Shown one piece after another: positions 62,234 through 64,000 of a stretch of 64,000 bases of DNA. A program made the position numbers and the translations under genes. The stretch lies in NCBI GenBank assembly GCA_051530055.1, contig CM121342.1:11795480-11859479 (forward strand), written 5' to 3'. The notes under the pieces are model-generated. The model made no database searches, was not told the origin of the DNA, and was given only the letters and a program-made list of their open reading frames with translations. The stretch comes from Neoechinorhynchus agilis (taxonomy: Eukaryota > Animalia > Acanthocephala). The stretch's first letter is position 1. Every line of letters begins with the position of its first letter.

Positions 62234-63334
62234 ATGACAGACGGGCACAGGCCAATGGAAGAAGACTTTGACGAACAAGATATAGAAATTGAAGAAGACG
62301 ACAAGCTGGTGGATTATGAGAAGTTTGAAGAAGTGGTTGGTAACAGCCCTGCCAATAGATGTACCTACGAAGACGGTTACATGAAGCGTCAGGGTCTTTT
62401 TTCTTGCATTCAGTGCTACGAAGCCGGTGGAAGCATTCAACCTTCGGTCATTTGTTATGGTTGTGCCATGACATGTCACAGTGACCATAAACCTTTGATT
62501 GAGATGTGGACCAAACGAAACTATCGATGTGACTGTGGAAATAGTCGATTTCGGAATAAATGTTTCCTTCACCCGAAGAAAGATAACATAAATGTTCGAA
62601 ATGATTACGACAATCACAACATCATAGGACTCTATTGTTCCTGTAATGGTCCGTATAAAATTGGAGAACAAGAGATGTGGATGTGCGTGATATGCGAAGA
62701 TTGGTTTCATGTTCATCATGGAGAAATGGAGGATGTTGAGATCGAAAAGAGTGAGACAATATGTGCTGGGTGCTGCCTTCTTCATGCAGACTTTCTGGCT
62801 CCCTATTTCAGTACAAGACTAGATCCTCAAGGGGTCATATGTGGATCGGAATACTCACCGGCCTCAATTAGTTCTTTAAATACACTGAAAGAAGGAATAG
62901 CTCGCGTGTTCAGTACGCAGTGGAGAAAAAGTATTTGTAGATGCAGTGATTGTGAACATCGGATTCAGTCAGCTGGGCTTCAATTTCTTACCGACGAAGA
63001 CGATACTTTGGAGACGTTTTTGAAGATCAATGCGCCTGACGAAGAAAATGCGACTGTGAGAATCGTAAATGCGGACATTGAAGAGACTGTAACCAGGGTC
63101 TTTAGTCAAACATTTGATGGACTTATGAGTTCTGGACGAATCCAATATACCGATGCATTCAATGAACGAGAGATCAATCTGCTGCTTGCAGAATGTAAAG
63201 ATGATCTCACTGAATATTTAATCCAATTAATGAACGATGCAGAGTGTCTTAGTGATGATGACATTCGTCGCGAAATCTTTGAGTGGTTCCAACGAAGGCG
63301 AACTGAAGACAAAGAAAGACGACAAATGAACTAG
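62234..63334 (+). CDS. UBR7: UBR7-like E3 ligase (UBR box plus PHD-like finger), single exon, 366 aa
   Basis: CTYEDGYMKRQGLFSCIQC, CYGCAMTCHSDH...WTKRNYRCDCGN, YCSC..PY, MCVICEDWFH. Confidence 0.9.
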   Translation: MTDGHRPMEEDFDEQDIEIEEDDKLVDYEKFEEVVGNSPANRCTYEDGYMKRQGLFSCIQCYEAGGSIQPSVICYGCAMTCHSDHKPLIEMWTKRNYRCDCGNSRFRNKCFLHPKKDNINVRNDYDNHNIIGLYCSCNGPYKIGEQEMWMCVICEDWFHVHHGEMEDVEIEKSETICAGCCLLHADFLAPYFSTRLDPQGVICGSEYSPASISSLNTLKEGIARVFSTQWRKSICRCSDCEHRIQSAGLQFLTDEDDTLETFLKINAPDEENATVRIVNADIEETVTRVFSQTFDGLMSSGRIQYTDAFNEREINLLLAECKDDLTEYLIQLMNDAECLSDDDIRREIFEWFQRRRTEDKERRQMN

Positions 63335-63748
63335 TGAAGTAAAAGTAAAGAAATGATTCATTTTAAGCGAACGTAAGGTATTTTTATGTCATGCGAAACA
63401 CTCACAATAAGCTCTACAGTTGAACTATAATTAATAATATGTAAATGGCGTTCATACGACTTTGCTCTATTATTTTTTAATCGAAATAAACTGACCAGCG
63501 AAGCCTCAATGACAACGTACTTTTTTAATCAATTTGCTTAATTCATCTTAGCTATAGCTATGAAGATAATATAAGGAGCCGTTAATCACTCTTATTCGAG
63601 CCATTCAATACAATTCTTTTTAAACGACTTGTGAGCCTAGGCTTCGTCGCAAAATATTTCAATTTAATAGAATGGTTTTATCCGCGACGACGAACGTTTG
63701 AGTTATATTTATATGAGTGTACATGCGATGTGTAAGTCGAGTTAGAAT

Positions 63749-64000
63749 ATGGACATCGTGTGTGCAATAATGACATCTGGCGACGAGGGTAAAAACCGAT
63801 TGGAACTCGATAATAGATCAACGGACGAAGAAGATATTCAGGCTTTGAAACAGGTACTTGAATTTCGATGTTTCGAGGAGCCTGAGAAATGAACAAACTA
63901 CGCAACGCAGCTTGAGCAACACTTTGAGATTAACGACATTACAGATGCGTGGCTAAGCGCTCCTGTTTTCGACAATGTGTGCAGGAGCATTGGATTTAAA
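63749..64000 (+). CDS. 5' part of an unidentified gene running off the window (exon 63749-63853, intron 57 bp, exon from 63911)
   Basis: In-frame GT-AG splice joins MDIVCAIMTSG...IQALKQ to LEQHFEINDITDAWLSAPVFDNVCRSIGFK. Confidence 0.5.

Overview
Eukaryotic, almost certainly animal, genomic DNA that is AT-rich and transposon-dense, with compact genes whose GT-AG introns are mostly about 50 bp. Host genes: a 5-exon T-box transcription factor (985-2778), PRPF38B (8358-9437), an intronless UBR7-like gene (62234-63334), an unidentified spliced coiled-coil gene (about 41.1-43.7 kb), and two paralogous minus-strand genes encoding signal peptide + EGF domains + a single-exon array of near-identical 114-bp calcium-binding EGF repeats (41 vs 31 units) + a transmembrane segment. 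The EGF genes lie in a direct segmental duplication (about 28.5-45.3 kb vs 51.5-61.7 kb). The rest is mostly non-LTR retroelements (CRE-clade, R2-like, RTE, CR1/L2-like, Penelope-like), a Gypsy fragment, short foldback elements and two tandem arrays (about 454 bp; 134/332 bp). The most notable observations come from reading the sequence by eye: (1) a dispersed ~300-bp element with Pol III A/B boxes that carries a hammerhead ribozyme core with its segments in a non-circularly permuted (pseudoknotted) order, with pairing preserved across diverged copies; (2) minimal Penelope-type hammerheads with compensatory changes; (3) zinc-finger-rich R2-like elements outside rDNA that begin with a 28S R2-target-like relic, a variant of which is also amplified inside a satellite. 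Alignments and folds were done by hand, the organism is not identified, and novelty cannot be confirmed without database searches.
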